A DNA stretch of 64,000 bases. Source: Dicyema japonicum (taxonomy: Eukaryota; Animalia; Dicyemida). Shown here piece by piece: positions 49,961 to 63,046 of this stretch. Both the position numbers and the translations under genes were made by a program. The notes below the pieces were generated by a model. It was not told where the DNA came from. It searched no databases and saw only the letters and a program-made list of their open reading frames with translations. How positions within the stretch are numbered: the first letter of the stretch is position 1; the number at the start of each line of letters is the position of its first letter. The stretch spans positions 177,417 through 241,416 of the forward strand of contig RDEW01000045.1 of assembly GCA_011109175.1 (NCBI GenBank), read 5' to 3'.

Positions 49961-50759
49961 GAAGACCATCGTATCGTCATCATTGACTTCAAATAAACAG
50001 TAGTATAAAAAAGTAAAAACAACAATACACGACATTAATAATTGAAAAATAACAAAATATGATCTGCATTCCAAACACAAGAACAATCTAAATGACATGT
50101 TCCACAATAATAATATGGATTATGAACCTGAAACTCTTCAGATACCTTAAGTTGCTGTACAGCTTGCATTTAGAGTATAAGTCAGCCTTCATTCCGTCTA
50201 TCAATAAAATTCCATCATACCTTCAGTTATACGTGACAGATTCTGTATTGCGGATGATCTGTTCTTGAAGGAGACAAAGGCACATGTACCACAGTAGAAG
50301 ATCAGTTTGCACTTCTCAAAGATCTCCATGTTGTAGATTCCCGATAATATCAAGCATTTCCTGGCAAGTTGCACAAGAAGTCGAAGGGAATTTAAGTCTG
50401 ATTGACTTCCAGCAGGAGATATTGTGACTTTTCTTTCGTCAATCTCTCGCACGTGGTTCATCTTGTCATCACACTCTTTACGACTGCCGTAATTGGCATA
50501 GCCAATTCCCTAAGATTGTTTGGTATCTGATAACGTTATTGACAATTAAATTTATTCAAAACCACGAAACATGAGGACATGTCCCCATATTTGCTGAATA
50601 TTTCTGTTAACTGTCCATTTATCACATTTGTTTGTCACTGAATATGATAGACCGCTAATAAAAATGTATTTGCGTTGTCCATACAAACAACCACGTTTTT
50701 TTAAATTTAAATTAAAATTTAATTTGTCCAAGAGATGAATGGGCCTCATATATCACATG

Positions 50760-50950
50760 CGTAAGAGATGCATGCTTCACTGAATTGTTGATATATGGTG
50801 CTCAAAACAGTATGCTTTCCGTTCTTCCAGAAGCCTTAGGCATTTCAAAACATTGGTTTTCTTTTCGCATTTTGTGATGACGTTTTCAACATACGGCGAG
50901 AATGACATGTGCATGTCAAAAGTCACCAAGAGGCATTAAGTTTGATGTGA
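50760..50950 (-). mobile_element. Vingi-like RT thumb fragment
   Basis: VTFDMHMSFSPYVENVITKCEKKTNVLKCL. Confidence 0.65.
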
Positions 50951-52156
50951 GAAGAAGGCACAAATTATTGTCAAAAATAACGTAACTGAAGAGATTTTTT
51001 TCCAAGTCAGTAAATATTCAGTCGATCCCTTTTGGGACACCTGAAATGTTTGGGCCCGCTATCATGGATTTTATCAAGATCAGCTGGCATGTTGAAATAC
51101 AGAAAAGAAAATCCAGAACTGCATAATATCACTTTCAAACATTGGTTGTGTGATTTATTCAGTCCCTGTCCCTTCAAATGAAAGATACCTGTCGATAACA
51201 AGAACGTAACTACCAATATTATTGGTCTTGTGACCGTGAGGGTCAACTCTCAATCAGTTATAACTGCCTTTAGTCCCTCATTAAAATTTATTATTTTTAA
51301 AACCAATGAATAGTTGCTAAGCATTGTTTAGGAAAAAGTCAACATTTGACTCAAAACCAACCAAAAAGCGATTAAACTCAGCGGGCTTTAGCTTATTATA
51401 GCTTAGCTTCTTCCAACCTCAAACGATGGTCTATTCAGATACACTCCTACACAGAAAGTGGAGAATCTTGGAATCAACAGAATTAGAGAAATGCTAAAAT
51501 GCGGTACCCTTCACTCTAAATCCAGAAAACGAACAGGAGATAATAACCAAACTGATCCTTGACAACAACAACCTCAGATCGGTCTCCACTGAGGTCATCC
51601 ACCATAAAAACCTATAGGAGCTCTATCTTACAAAATAATTTCCGACGACACCGTGGGATTTCCCTCCGAGCTAGCCAAACTCACCTAAAGACCTTAATTC
51701 TTTCTGAATGCAGCCTAACTTATGTTCCCCCACAGTGTGGATATTAAAGTCTCTTAAAATCCTCGACCTCTAGAAAAACCCGAACCTTTCGGTAGGTTTA
51801 TCACTCACTATAGGAAATCCTACCAGAAGTCGGATATTTAGAGTCAATGACCAGCTTCAATATTCCCCACACAAAGATCACTTCCATTCCTTTGGATATT
51901 GGTAAGTGTTTGTACCTCATGGACCTAATCTTATGGGGTTACAAAATATCGTCACTTCCAGACACCCTGAAGCGTCTTGCAAAGGTACAACAGAATAGTA
52001 TTAAGTGTAATTGAGCTATGCGGTAAAGCTCAGAGATCCATCACCAGTTCAATTATCAGACCAATTGACCACGTGGTTAACTGGTCGAAAATATAAGGTT
52101 AGTATTGACTCAATAACTCAATTTATTAAAATGAAAACGAAGGAAAATTAACGTGC

Positions 52157-52925
52157 TTATAAGTTAATGACTGTTTTGATTCCATTGGAAAAAATTAAAT
52201 TATCGAATGCCTTTTTGTACTCATCAATTCCGTAACGGTATGTAATGAGATCAGAGATATTCACTTTCCCAGAACTGATTAGGTCGACTGCCTGTGAATA
52301 ACTGAAATTATACATTCGAAGTCTACCAATTATAAGTGTTCATAAATCCCCGAACTTTCAAAAATTTCCAGACTATATTTGAAGTCAAGACTGAAGTTTT
52401 TGAAAATCCAAGTCCTACAAGAGTCAATACCCCACCGGGGGAGGTTGCCTTTGTAAAATCTTTCTATGTTTGATCTGATTCCATAACAGTCGATAGAAAC
52501 ATCAGCCATCCTTCACAATTGACTTACTACTATTTTTCCTATCTCAACGGGAGATTCTCCTTTTTGTACAACTCCACAATCAGCTTTTTCTTTCATAGCA
52601 AAGCTGACTTTATCTCTAAAACGTCTAAATTTGAGTTAATGCAACAACCCATTACACAAATTCGTGAAGCTCCACTAACTTTAGCGATCATCATTGTTAG
52701 TAAGCCAATGACCCCTGCACGTGTTTTCAGATAAATAAATACCGACTCCAACGACACTCCCACAAAGTCAAACATATTTTATTCTGATTTTGACTTCTAA
52801 TATTGAAATTAGCAATTTAACAATCAACGTCTATTTTTGGTGGACTTTGTATTTCCTAGTTATGAATTATGCTAGATTACCAATCTTAAAACATTGGGAC
52901 TATATAAAATGACAGATTTCGACAT
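52157..52925 (-). pseudogene. SORD: Sorbitol dehydrogenase-like (zinc MDR family), disrupted
   Basis: MSKSVILYSPNVLRL|EIQSPPKID|EVKIRIKYV*LCGS joins directly to VVGVG|VIGLLTMMIAKVSGA...ATSPGGVLTLVGLG...|YSQAVDLISSGKVNISDLITYRY. Roughly 130 codons are missing, with TGA at 52770-52768 and 52515-52513 and several 1-nt shifts; micro-introns at SORD positions. Confidence 0.8.
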
Positions 52926-53214
52926 TGTCAGATGTTAGCGACAAAACTCATTTTATAGTTGTGGTTTATAGTGGTCATACTGGAAAATCATTTAATTCGA
53001 TTATACATTGATTATCGAATAAATGGTCATGGAAATTGAATTGAAATTTATTTCCAAAGACCACAGTTAAAGACAAAAACAAGAAATTATGAAATCTAAT
53101 AATTTTTAATAAAATCTTTTAAATAATTGTCTTTCAATAAAAAAATAAATAAAATCTAATTAAACTCAGCTTTATTTAACTATCAATAAAAAGTTAATAT
53201 TTACTAACAACAAC

Positions 53215-53480
53215 CTTCCCTCGCCTGCCTGTTCACCAGCCTCCTCGGGGAAATTCGATTTTGGTTGTTGAAAAACTCCAAGAGCGCCTTGTCCAATTGA
53301 ACCCTCTGCCTCCTACACTACAATGTCAGGCTATCTAGGGTCCGCTTTAATATAATAAGTCTTAGATAATCCTGGAGCTTCATATCTAACCCTAATTGAT
53401 AACCCTTGTGGTACTTTGTTGCAATTCTTTTACGTCATTATTATTGGAATAACGAAGACCTTACAACCAAGCATCTGTTA
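53215..53480 (-). mobile_element. R4/Dong-like 3' end
   Basis: Nucleotide homologue of 3550-3844 and 4164-4250. Confidence 0.8.
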
Positions 53481-53654
53481 AAATCTAATTGATTACACTA
53501 CAACAAAATGAAAAGTTGTGATCATACTTGAAGGAAGATACTACAAATAAATTACACATAGCATATAATTTTTTCAATGAAAACTGCACACAAATTATTT
53601 CGACTACGAAAATTGTTTTTACAAGCCTTATGTAAGGGATTTGTTTTTCATGTT

Positions 53655-53942
53655 TTATGACCCCATACTTGCCCGTTTTGACCTCTCGGCCTTCTCGGAA
53701 GCAGAACAGACTCCAAAGGCACTATGATTTAGGTTGTAAGGGGAGAATGTATCGCAAGGTTTTCCTGCTTTAAAGGGGAAGATGGTCATCCCATCGAGTC
53801 GTTTCTCGTCACTTCTGCAAAAAAACAAGCGGTTCGAGCATAGAAGGATGTTCGGTATCGTCAAAACTCGTGTAACGACTTCGTTCATTCCCAAATGTCT
53901 AGGAGATCTGTCTGCACTTTTCCAGTGGGAGTGAACGTTCAC
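53655..53942 (-). mobile_element. CRE-like REL fragment
   Basis: EKRLDGMTIFPFKAGKP...DTFSPYNL...ASEKAERSK resembles the RPDG...W...DT motif. Confidence 0.65.
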
Positions 53943-55330
53943 GCAAAAAAGTCAACATAAAGAGTTAAAAATAATTAATGATGATATAAAACGGTTAGAA
54001 GACTATTTGATTGTTTTCTAATAATTGCGTTAACGAATTGTGTATAAGATAACTATAAAAGAATACGACAGAAGATGGTTATTTGAGCGAATCTCGCTCA
54101 CCATCCTGAAAGGGAATAGCTACTCAGTCAGAGAGACCGCTGTATGACCAATTGTTCACTTTTCTTTTTTTGAAGATTAAAGTAATAAATGGGTTTGTTA
54201 GTAAGTTATTATTTCATTTTTGCTAAATATGGTTTTGGCTCGTTAACTTCTGACGGATAGATTTCAATGGTAAACCTATAAAAGTTGGATTGTTTCATCA
54301 TAAGTTCTATCAACAACATTATGATCTAACAATAAACTAAATAATACGTGGAGAATATTCTGAAAGTGAAATGAATATAAAAATTAAAGCATTAACAGAT
54401 TATACAGATATTCAGTATATAAACGGCATAATAGGAATTCATACACAAATCGTTAACGCAATTATTAATAAATTTTTGTTGCTTTTGAGTTCTTAAATTA
54501 AATAGGACAAGTTATTCAATTTGTCTAATTAATTTCATACTATGTCTCCCGGTGGAATAAATAGATTTGTTTTTCTATCATATTAGTCGATTGTTTTGAA
54601 AAATCATTGCGAAACCACCTGTGTGGATAGCCTCTCTTTTTTTAACCTTGTTATGACAGCAATTAACCCAGGCTCTGCTTCGGATAAGGCTGAGATCCCA
54701 AAGGTGAAGAAACACGTATGTCTTTGTGGACAGTTCATTTTGATCACTAGCCGTGGAAACGTCAAAATTTAAAGGAAGCAGGTCATTGATTCTGCTAGAC
54801 ATAATCAGATCGCTCGTCGCGAAGAAGAAAAATGATAAGGAGTTAATAAAGATTCGATAAATTCAAGGTCATTATACTGCAAAATCGATTGTTATAATTC
54901 ATATAGAAGGTTGCTCAATTTCGATATCATTGACCTAAGCGAATTTAAAAAAAGATCTTCTAAGGCCTTGACTTTCGTTTCGGCGACTACGGTCTGCTCA
55001 TGAAATCTGGTCAGAGGCTGTTGTATTTGGTTATTTAAAGTTCTCGAATATTAGCAAAGCCTCCTTAACACTCAATCGGGAATCTTATAATTTTGACTGC
55101 AAAAAGGTGTATGTAGATGTCACATTGCAATTCAAAATTTTCCAGAGAGAATGAAAAACTATGATCCTGTCTGGGGGTTCCATAATCAAAATGTCGGAAA
55201 AAAGTTGAAAATGCAAAAGACCGTGACTAATAAAGATAGAAAACAAAAAAAGAGCTATTTGCAAGAGGATAATTTACGAAATTATTATGAACGTGGTTGA
55301 GAGTATTAAAATAAAAAAACAACGATAAAA

Positions 55331-56530
55331 TTAACAGCAGTTAAAGAACAGGAAGATATTCCTTGGTCTTCTAATATTTCTGCATTTTGTAACAAATGTG
55401 ATGAGTCCGATGATTGTAAGAGTTAGAACAGATAACATAATTCCTATAATTATATACTTTTTTGAATGATTGTAATTTGTATTTTTTCCAGGAATTCCTT
55501 CTTCAAAACACATTGACTCTAAAATTCAGGAAAAATCAAACCGTTCCCGATATAATGGAATATAATATCATCCCGAAGAATTTGTGGCTTAAATGATGAA
55601 AACTCAGCATATATGCCATCAGCAAATTTAGTGAGAGACAATTCGAAGTTACAGGAATTTCCAACATCAATCAATTTGGTATTATTAGGACTCCAAGAAC
55701 CGTTATAGATTTTATTGACGATTAACTGAATTTTGGACATATAATATTTGTTTGATACAAAATAAATGTAAAAATTATTTCAAAACGACTCCCCATAAGA
55801 GATAATTCAACACTATTGTTATCAAAATTAATCTTCGTTTTCAAAATCTCGGAAAAAGCTAATAAAATATTAATCTACTATTAAAATATACAATTTACTA
55901 TTTCAACTTTGTGATTATAAAAAAGTATGATTTTAAAATGACCACTTAATATTCCTTTCAGTCGATTTTCGGCAATAAAATACCAATATCGAACTTTTGG
56001 ATCGTTAGATGGATTACAATCATTTGCTAAATTAAATTATATCAAACCTTTTCCAATAAAAGATGGAATGATTGTTTAGTGTAATATTCTATCACCAAAG
56101 AATATATCGCGAGAGTATTACCATTTTCAAAATTTACGGACATATATCCGCTTCTGTAATAATCTCCTTGTTTAATTTTTGGAATATTTGTTGTATTTGT
56201 ATAGGTTTTATTATCTTTGAGTGGTAAATATTAATTACTAGAATTTAAATCAATTTTTATTGTAATTTTGTAGAATTCCGCTGAGGATTTAAAATAAAAT
56301 TGGTAGATCAAGTTTTTTATTTCGACTGTAATTGGCATTTCATCATAAGACTGGAAAGAAATAATTTTAGTTGAATAATTGTTCGCCTACCATTATTATT
56401 TATAAAATACATTTGTAAGTGTACTTTTCAATAAACTTCTTACATATATTGACGTTCGATGTTTAAAGTCGAAAATCGTGATTGAGGAAAAAAACAATAA
56501 CAACAACATAAATATGTAAAATGAACACAT
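55331..56530 (-). CDS. Orphan type-I membrane protein, paralogue B
   Basis: Signal peptide MCSFYIFMLLLLFFSSITIF (ATG 56530); DCNPSNDP at 56021-55998; ILRDDIIFHYIGNG...CFEE; TM KYIIIGIMLSVLTLTIIGLITFV; 21-24 nt introns. Confidence 0.65.
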
Positions 56531-56639
56531 CGATGTGTATAATTTAGGTCACTTGTTATTTTGATGAATTTATTTTTAATAATTTTGAAACAAGTGATAT
56601 TTATATTAATTTATAATTATACTTATTTTCATGAATTCA

Positions 56640-57680
56640 TTAAGAAAGTCCTATTCCATACTGCAAACCACACAAAAGAACGGTACTTGTCGCTCTGGAT
56701 ATCGAGAAGGCGTTTGATTCGAGGAAGACTCTAACAACAAAAATTTTTGACACCGATATCATCCGAAAATCCAAATGTGGCTGGCCAATCTCTATATAGT
56801 AGAAAAGGCCAAGTTGTCATGAAATATGAAAATCAAGACACGATACCTCCGCGACGGGTCCCTCAAAATCCTCTTTATCATCAACATTGTTCAATTTATT
56901 TACGAGAGACCTGCCAATCCAAACATCCAAATACCATCCTTCTGTCTTATGCCGACGATTTCATTGTCGCAGCAAGACACCAAGACCATAGAAAAGCTGC
57001 ACGAAGGGTTCAAGTAACCCTCGACATTATGAACCATGGTTCCTCAAAAACCACATGCAAAAATCCCCAGGGAAGTCGAGCACTGCAATTATCTCCTTTT
57101 ACAGGGAACATACATCCTTCGATCCTAAATTAACTTGGAATAGAGAGATTATCCCAGTTAATAAGAACCCATCAATCCTTGGAGTTACATATGACCCGTT
57201 GATGACGTTCACACATCATGTGGACACAATAATTTCAAGAGTTCAAAAAAGATGGGGATCCTCAAGACTTTTGCCAATATTTTCACTTTCTCATCTCAAA
57301 TTATTATACAAACAGTATATTCTACAATGGAACATGCATGTACGGCGTACACCTTTGTCAATATCCACGCAGAACAAATTAGAGGTCATCCAAAACCAAT
57401 GCCTCCGGATCCTTCTTAAATGTGGCAGAATGACGCCTACGTCAGAAATGAGGAACACATTAGATCTCAAAAAAGTTATGGAACATCTCGGTGACGAACA
57501 ACAAAATTTTTGAAAATGGTGCGATCTTCCCCATTGAAGATGAGTTTCTCGCCTACCAGAAGTATGCTTGCAAATTTGAGATCAAACCTTCCCCCTTTTG
57601 GACGATCATAAAAAATTGCAAAGTCGAAACAAAGGAGGACGCACTGACCTCTTTTATTTTTGACCCTTTGCACGCTTAAT
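56640..57680 (+). mobile_element. Vingi-like LINE, 5'-truncated RT and 3' region
   Basis: VALDIEKAFDS, LSYADD, ILGVTYD, LEVIQNQCLRILL. Confidence 0.8.
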
Positions 57681-57836
57681 CGTTTTATTGACTCAAAATA
57701 AATTTTTTGTTTTTTGAGGGAAAAAGGGACCGATCCTTCGACCTCTTTTATTTTTGACCCTTTGCACGCTTAATCGCTTTATTGAATCAAAATAAATTTT
57801 TTTGTTTTTTGAGGGAACAAGGGACAGATCTTTCGA
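57646..57836 (+). repeat. 94-bp tandem duplication at the LINE 3' end
   Basis: GACCTCTTTTATTTTTGACCC at 57646 and 57740. Confidence 0.9.
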
Positions 57837-58008
57837 GGCAAAACTTAGTGGTTGTTAATGTTTTCAAGTGATAAATTTGTCTTATCAACCTGGACAGTAT
57901 CAACAGCCCGGACGCTATCACATACGACAATAAATAATTTAGATTCAAAAAGAATTAATCAATATGGAAAAAATTAAATTTAACAAATTAATTAGTAATT
58001 GTAATAAT

Positions 58009-59156
58009 TAAGAATCATAAACAGCAGTAGATCGATCGTAGTTTGCGTAAAAATTTTTTCCCCTAAAATTAAAAACTATTAGAATACTTGAAAATATTCA
58101 TCTGGATTAAACTTTTTGTCACGAATTGTCTGAAAATTAAAACTCTGAATATTATTTTATAAATTGTACTTTAAAAAATGGATGTTTAAGTACATCATCA
58201 TCATTTAAGGATCCTATTCTATCGTGAGGGGATTTAATTAATAACTGAGATTCAACAAATTCAAAACCTTTGATATTAAATTCCTACATTTCACATTAGT
58301 CATCATAGGGAAGTAAGGATTGAGATGTAGAATATCCCAGTAAAGTTCGCGAGTATTCGTTTTAAAATACGGAAGCTAAAATTAATAAAGTAAACTATAC
58401 TTTTCCAAAGTACATGTAATAAATTATTATACCAAGGGACCACCAATCCGCACTATATGAAATTTTATTGTATCTCAGTATTTCGGGAGAAAAATAGTGA
58501 GGTGATCCATAGTTTGAATGACAAAATGATTTACGACTGTCGTTCATTTTACTCAAATGAAAATTAGTTATTTTCACATAACCGTCAGTCCCAACATTAG
58601 ATTCTGTAACTTAAGATCGCTAAAATATATAAAAGTAAACAACCTATGGATGATCTTGTTAGCATGCAAGAACTCTACTCCAAGAGCTACACAGGCTGAG
58701 TAAAACTTTATTTGTCTATAAGAGAAGCGTTGCTTTTGCATTAAACGTTCCAAATCACCCATTTGCATGTACTTCATTGGAAGGAAGAGATTAGACTAAC
58801 AATTAATAGAATCCAAACATTTTCGAAATAATATGACTTTAAGTGGACAAAAAATATATTATTTGTTCTTGTGACTAAATCAAATACTTTCACTTCATTT
58901 ATTATTCTTTGCAAGTCGACTGAATCCGTAAGACTATGAAGTCTCACCGCGCATTTGTTTAGGTTTTTATCTTTGCACAAATCAACCTATTTATTAATAT
59001 AATGTGACTTTTCCAAATGATCCATTTCCAATTTCTTTTACTATTGTGTAATCAGTTGGGATGGATCTATTAGAATATATTTATTGTATACCTCTCAATT
59101 TGCAAATTCTGTTCGTCCAATGAATTTTGTAATTTTTCAATAATACTATTCTCCAT
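58009..59156 (-). CDS. AGC-family (PKN-like) kinase-domain protein, probable pseudokinase
   Basis: IGNGSFGK|VDLCKDKNLNKCAVR...MKYMQMGDL...IKFYSACVALGVEFLHANKIIHS|DLKLQNL...YVKITNFHLSK...YGSPHYFSPE...DWWSLG...|LPYF...|LL...RIG...KHPFFK; eight 22-25 nt introns, several at PKN positions; one 1-nt shift at 58590-58592. Confidence 0.85.
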
Positions 59157-60043
59157 AATTCGAAAATATTTGCTTTTTCGTATTTATAGTCAAGGCATTA
59201 ATTTTTATTACTAATTATTTGTTTAGTCACATAAATTTTCTACGTATTTTATTTCATGCCTGAATTTTATTTTTTCTTATAAGCTAAATTTTATAAAATA
59301 TTTCACATTATTACTTTTAGGACAAAGTCTATTTTCCAAACGTATGAATTATCGTGGGCGAGTATATACCCAGCAAAGTAATCCATAATGAAGAAGATCT
59401 GTCACCCCTAAATATTCTTTGTCAGGTGCTGCAGGGGTGATGAGTTGGTCGGTGGCTCATCAGGAAACCTCTTCAGATCTACAAAATTGAAGAACTAGGC
59501 CATCACAAATTACAAGTAACTCATTCTGAACTTTTGGAAACAAACAACTCACACCATTGGACTTTTCCCTACAGCTGTGTCGGCTGAATGTATTTTCTTT
59601 CTCGTCAGTCGGATATCTTTTAATCAGGATGCTCCTCGAATCGGTCTTTCCCTCCATCTCTGAATTGATCTATGATAGCTTTGTCCCAGCTTGTGTAGAC
59701 ATGTTGTTGACCGCAAAAAGCTTCATCTCCTCTATTATCTATTAGCGATGGGTATGGTGCTATTAGCGAACTGGTGAAACGTTCTCTTGAGACGCTGGAT
59801 TCATGTCAGCTGTGGAACCTGTAAGCCTTGACTGTAGGTATGGAAAGCACTCCGATGATGATCTTTCGATTTTATAAAAAAAATTCTGGACGAGACGATC
59901 ACAGACACCATTGTTTATTCGAAGTTATCAAATTAATCCCCGAAAGCAGAATAGATCACACGAGGATTCAAAAAATTTAAGATAGAAAAATACGACAGCC
60001 TCTATAGCAGATTCCAGATGCCACCCATTGTCATCGAGAAGAT

Positions 60044-60680
60044 TCAAGTTTTCGAGTTTAAGACTGTCTCATTCTTAGAATCGATAAAAACGAGAATTTC
60101 CACGTTACCAGGGATCGTCGAGAAATGAAATGGGGTCCGCTCCCTTGGTACGACGTTGAAAGATTCGACCACGTTGATAAAATCACTCTGCGGAGTTGAA
60201 AGATTCGACCACGTTGATAAAATCACTCTCCGAGTATGTGATATTCATTAGCTCCGATTTCTTTACATTTATCTTAAGTCAGAGGTTTCGTAGTGCCGGC
60301 ATGTGACAGAACGAACTAACTTTTCTCCATCAAGATACCAGAGGTTTAGTTCTTTGTTGATAGAGCAGACAATTTCATCGATGGCCAGAGCGAAGAGAAG
60401 TCCCATTGTTGGACTCCAGTCTCCGAACAGATAATCTTGTCCACGAAAACCAGTGAAGAGTTGGTTTCGTAAGCGAAGTTGTTGAAAGAATAAGTTCTGG
60501 GGCTCGTTTGCTTGTAGTTTTAAAAATTTGATCCCTCCGCAATGAATTGAAGGCATCCGAGGTGGATGAAGTCTCCGCAAGAAGAGCAGAAAAGTCCATA
60601 TTTGAGTGCATTGGCATAACAGCATTAAGAGCATGTCGTGTCCAGTCTCTTGGGTATAATATGTGATGCTCCATGATGAG
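60044..60680 (-). mobile_element. CRE-like RT fragment, with a 40-bp internal duplication near 60155-60229
   Basis: LLFALAIDEIVCSINKELNLWYLD, typical of CRE RT. Confidence 0.7.
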
Positions 60681-61249
60681 GTTCCGTAGTAATGAGTAAT
60701 TCTTCAGTTCAGGTCAGGTTAATGAAAATTCGCGATACAATTACTCACCACAACACCACCACGTGTAATTTATACTTTAATCTCTCTATAAAAATAAAAA
60801 ATCAATAATTTAATTTTCCACCTGCTAATTTGTTAAGAACTACTGGATTAGAAGACATTAAGAAAACGAGAAAATTTTCTTAGCGTACTAATTTTTTAAA
60901 TTTATTGTCAAAACAAACTTGTTGGGGTCGGTTTATCTCTTTATCACGTCAAATCAGACCCCCTCGTTATCAGGTTCTCCAAGCCTGTCGTTTTTATGTT
61001 CCTTTTCTCTGTCACCCTAAAACCTTTTTGTGTATTTGCGATTTTCCAGGCAATTGTCCTAGAGATCGATAGCCTTCACGATGCGCTTGCATACATAATA
61101 AATTGATGGCTCAATATATTTTGGGTAAACCGTTTTAGATTTGGATCATTCCCAATTTTCCATAGCCCAGCTAGGCTTTTCACTCTGGTTTAGCACATTT
61201 ACGAACATCACAATCTGTATAAAGGTTACTCCCACATTTTTTGATTTGT

Positions 61250-62200
61250 AAACAAGACAAGACACTTAAAAACAGTGCTCTGCACGATCGACATACACAA
61301 TACGTTTGACTCAGTCTCGAAGAAGATACTACAAGAAAAATATCTCAATTAGAGATCCTAGGGAAGTTCAAGCTTTGGATCACAAATTTCCTAAGTGGAC
61401 GAAAAGGATGTATATGTCTCGGAGATCTGGAATCTATCTCACGTCTCCTACCCAACAGAGTTCCTCAAAGATTTCCTTTATCCCCAGATCTGTTTAACCT
61501 CTTTCTGGCCAATTTTCCGACTCTTGAGTCTGATAATAATGTTCTACTCTCTATTGCGGATGATATTGTGTTGGCTTCTCGAGATCGGGACATCCAGAAG
61601 GCCACAGAAAGTATACAAATTAACCTGGACGGGCTTAATGTTGGATAATGGAAAACCGCCTAAAGGTGAAAGGTCTATATCCATTTTTTACCTCTGACAA
61701 AAGATTGGAAAGGAAGACAGTCACCTTAAAGTTAAATAAAGTCGACATCCCTTTCAACAGATGTTAAAAGATCTTGGGTGTGACACTTGATTGCATCTCT
61801 GTCGAATAGAAACTGAACGTATTAAATCGTTTATCGGGAATATGGAAGAGTGGTACTTACCCGGTCCTGATGAATTTGTACAAACGGTACATCGACCCAT
61901 GTTTCTCGTATATATGTGCCTCGTGGAGACAACTGTCTATATCTTAGACAAATATGAAGAAGATCGAGGAAATGCAAAAGAGAGCTTTCAGAGTAACGGA
62001 GCGTTGGAATTGTGGAGTTCACCGAACCGACGCCTCTGGAGGCCGTTATGAGACTAGACTCCTGATTACGGAAATGCGGCCCCGAAAAATCAGTCTGTCC
62101 TGTACGTTTATGTGCGGGCACGGGGAAAAGATGAGGTAGCTGTTAGAATGCATCCGGATCATGTAATAATTAGTTTGGTTTTTATTCATATTCGCTGGGG
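61250..62200 (+). mobile_element. Vingi-like RT remnant
   Basis: Degenerate AFDSV, LLYADD-like, KILGVTLD and YKRYIDP motifs in broken frames. Confidence 0.65.
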
Positions 62201-62229
62201 TCTTCTGGATGAGGGCCCGTGTGACATTC

Positions 62230-62660
62230 AATTTCTGTAGTCCTTTTGTGAGGACTAAGAAAGCAGTAGGAAGTTCTTGTCAATGTCTGCTGCCAGGTAG
62301 TGAGGAAATGGTTAAATAGAGTGGATGACAAAGGCGAACCTTGGGCACTACGTTCGGTAGTAAACGTGATCGTGGTCTAAGGTGGCCCACAGATGACCCT
62401 CCCACGTCTTCCAGATAAAAAATTGGCCAACCATAGCTTCAAGTTAGGGTGAATTTTTGAATCAAGATTTTTCCAATTAAATGTTTCATCGGTTCCGAGT
62501 CAAACGCCTTGTTGATGTCAATCGAGACCATTGTTGTCATATGTTTGGGTGGTGTTGAAACCATCCGCAATGAACTGCGAAAGCGTTGATAAGAAAGTCG
62601 TGGTTGATCCTCTAGAACGGAATGCGTGTTGGAAATTCGGTTGAGTAAGGGAAGGAGTTG
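62230..62660 (-). mobile_element. Vingi-like RT fragment facing the previous one
   Basis: FLSGRRGRV and QGSPLSSTLFN. Confidence 0.7.
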
Positions 62661-63046
62661 TTTGGTTTAAAAAACTAGAATAACAAGTACGTTTTAATTT
62701 AAATCAAAAAAATTATGACGATATTTTTAAATGACAAAGTTTTCAGAGTATCCCTTTGGACCTAAGGTCAGATAAATCTATACTTCCGAAGATGCGGGAA
62801 AAATACCCCTTCAAAACCAAATGTAATATAGAGACAGACGAGAGTGATTCGTATTTTAATGAATGTTGTGATTAAATCACTATTATTATTGTCAGCATTG
62901 GATAATCCTCTGGCAGAGCCGAGGGGGCTTTTAATGCTCGCAAAAAATGCAACTAGACTAGCAAGCACGTTTTATTTATTTATTATTTATTTTATTTTTG
63001 ATATTAAAAAATATTAATATAATAATTTAGTATCTAGGAAACAGAA

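Noticed and set aside
52513-52770. UGA-to-Gly recoding (two TGA codons at conserved Gly positions in SORD)
   Set aside because: The same gene has a large deletion and frameshifts, RPS13 ends in TGA at the expected position, and intact genes use ordinary GGN codons. GGA>TGA mutation is simpler.
57646-57836. CRISPR-like or regulatory repeat array
   Set aside because: Two adjacent copies with no spacers, at a LINE 3' end in a eukaryotic context.
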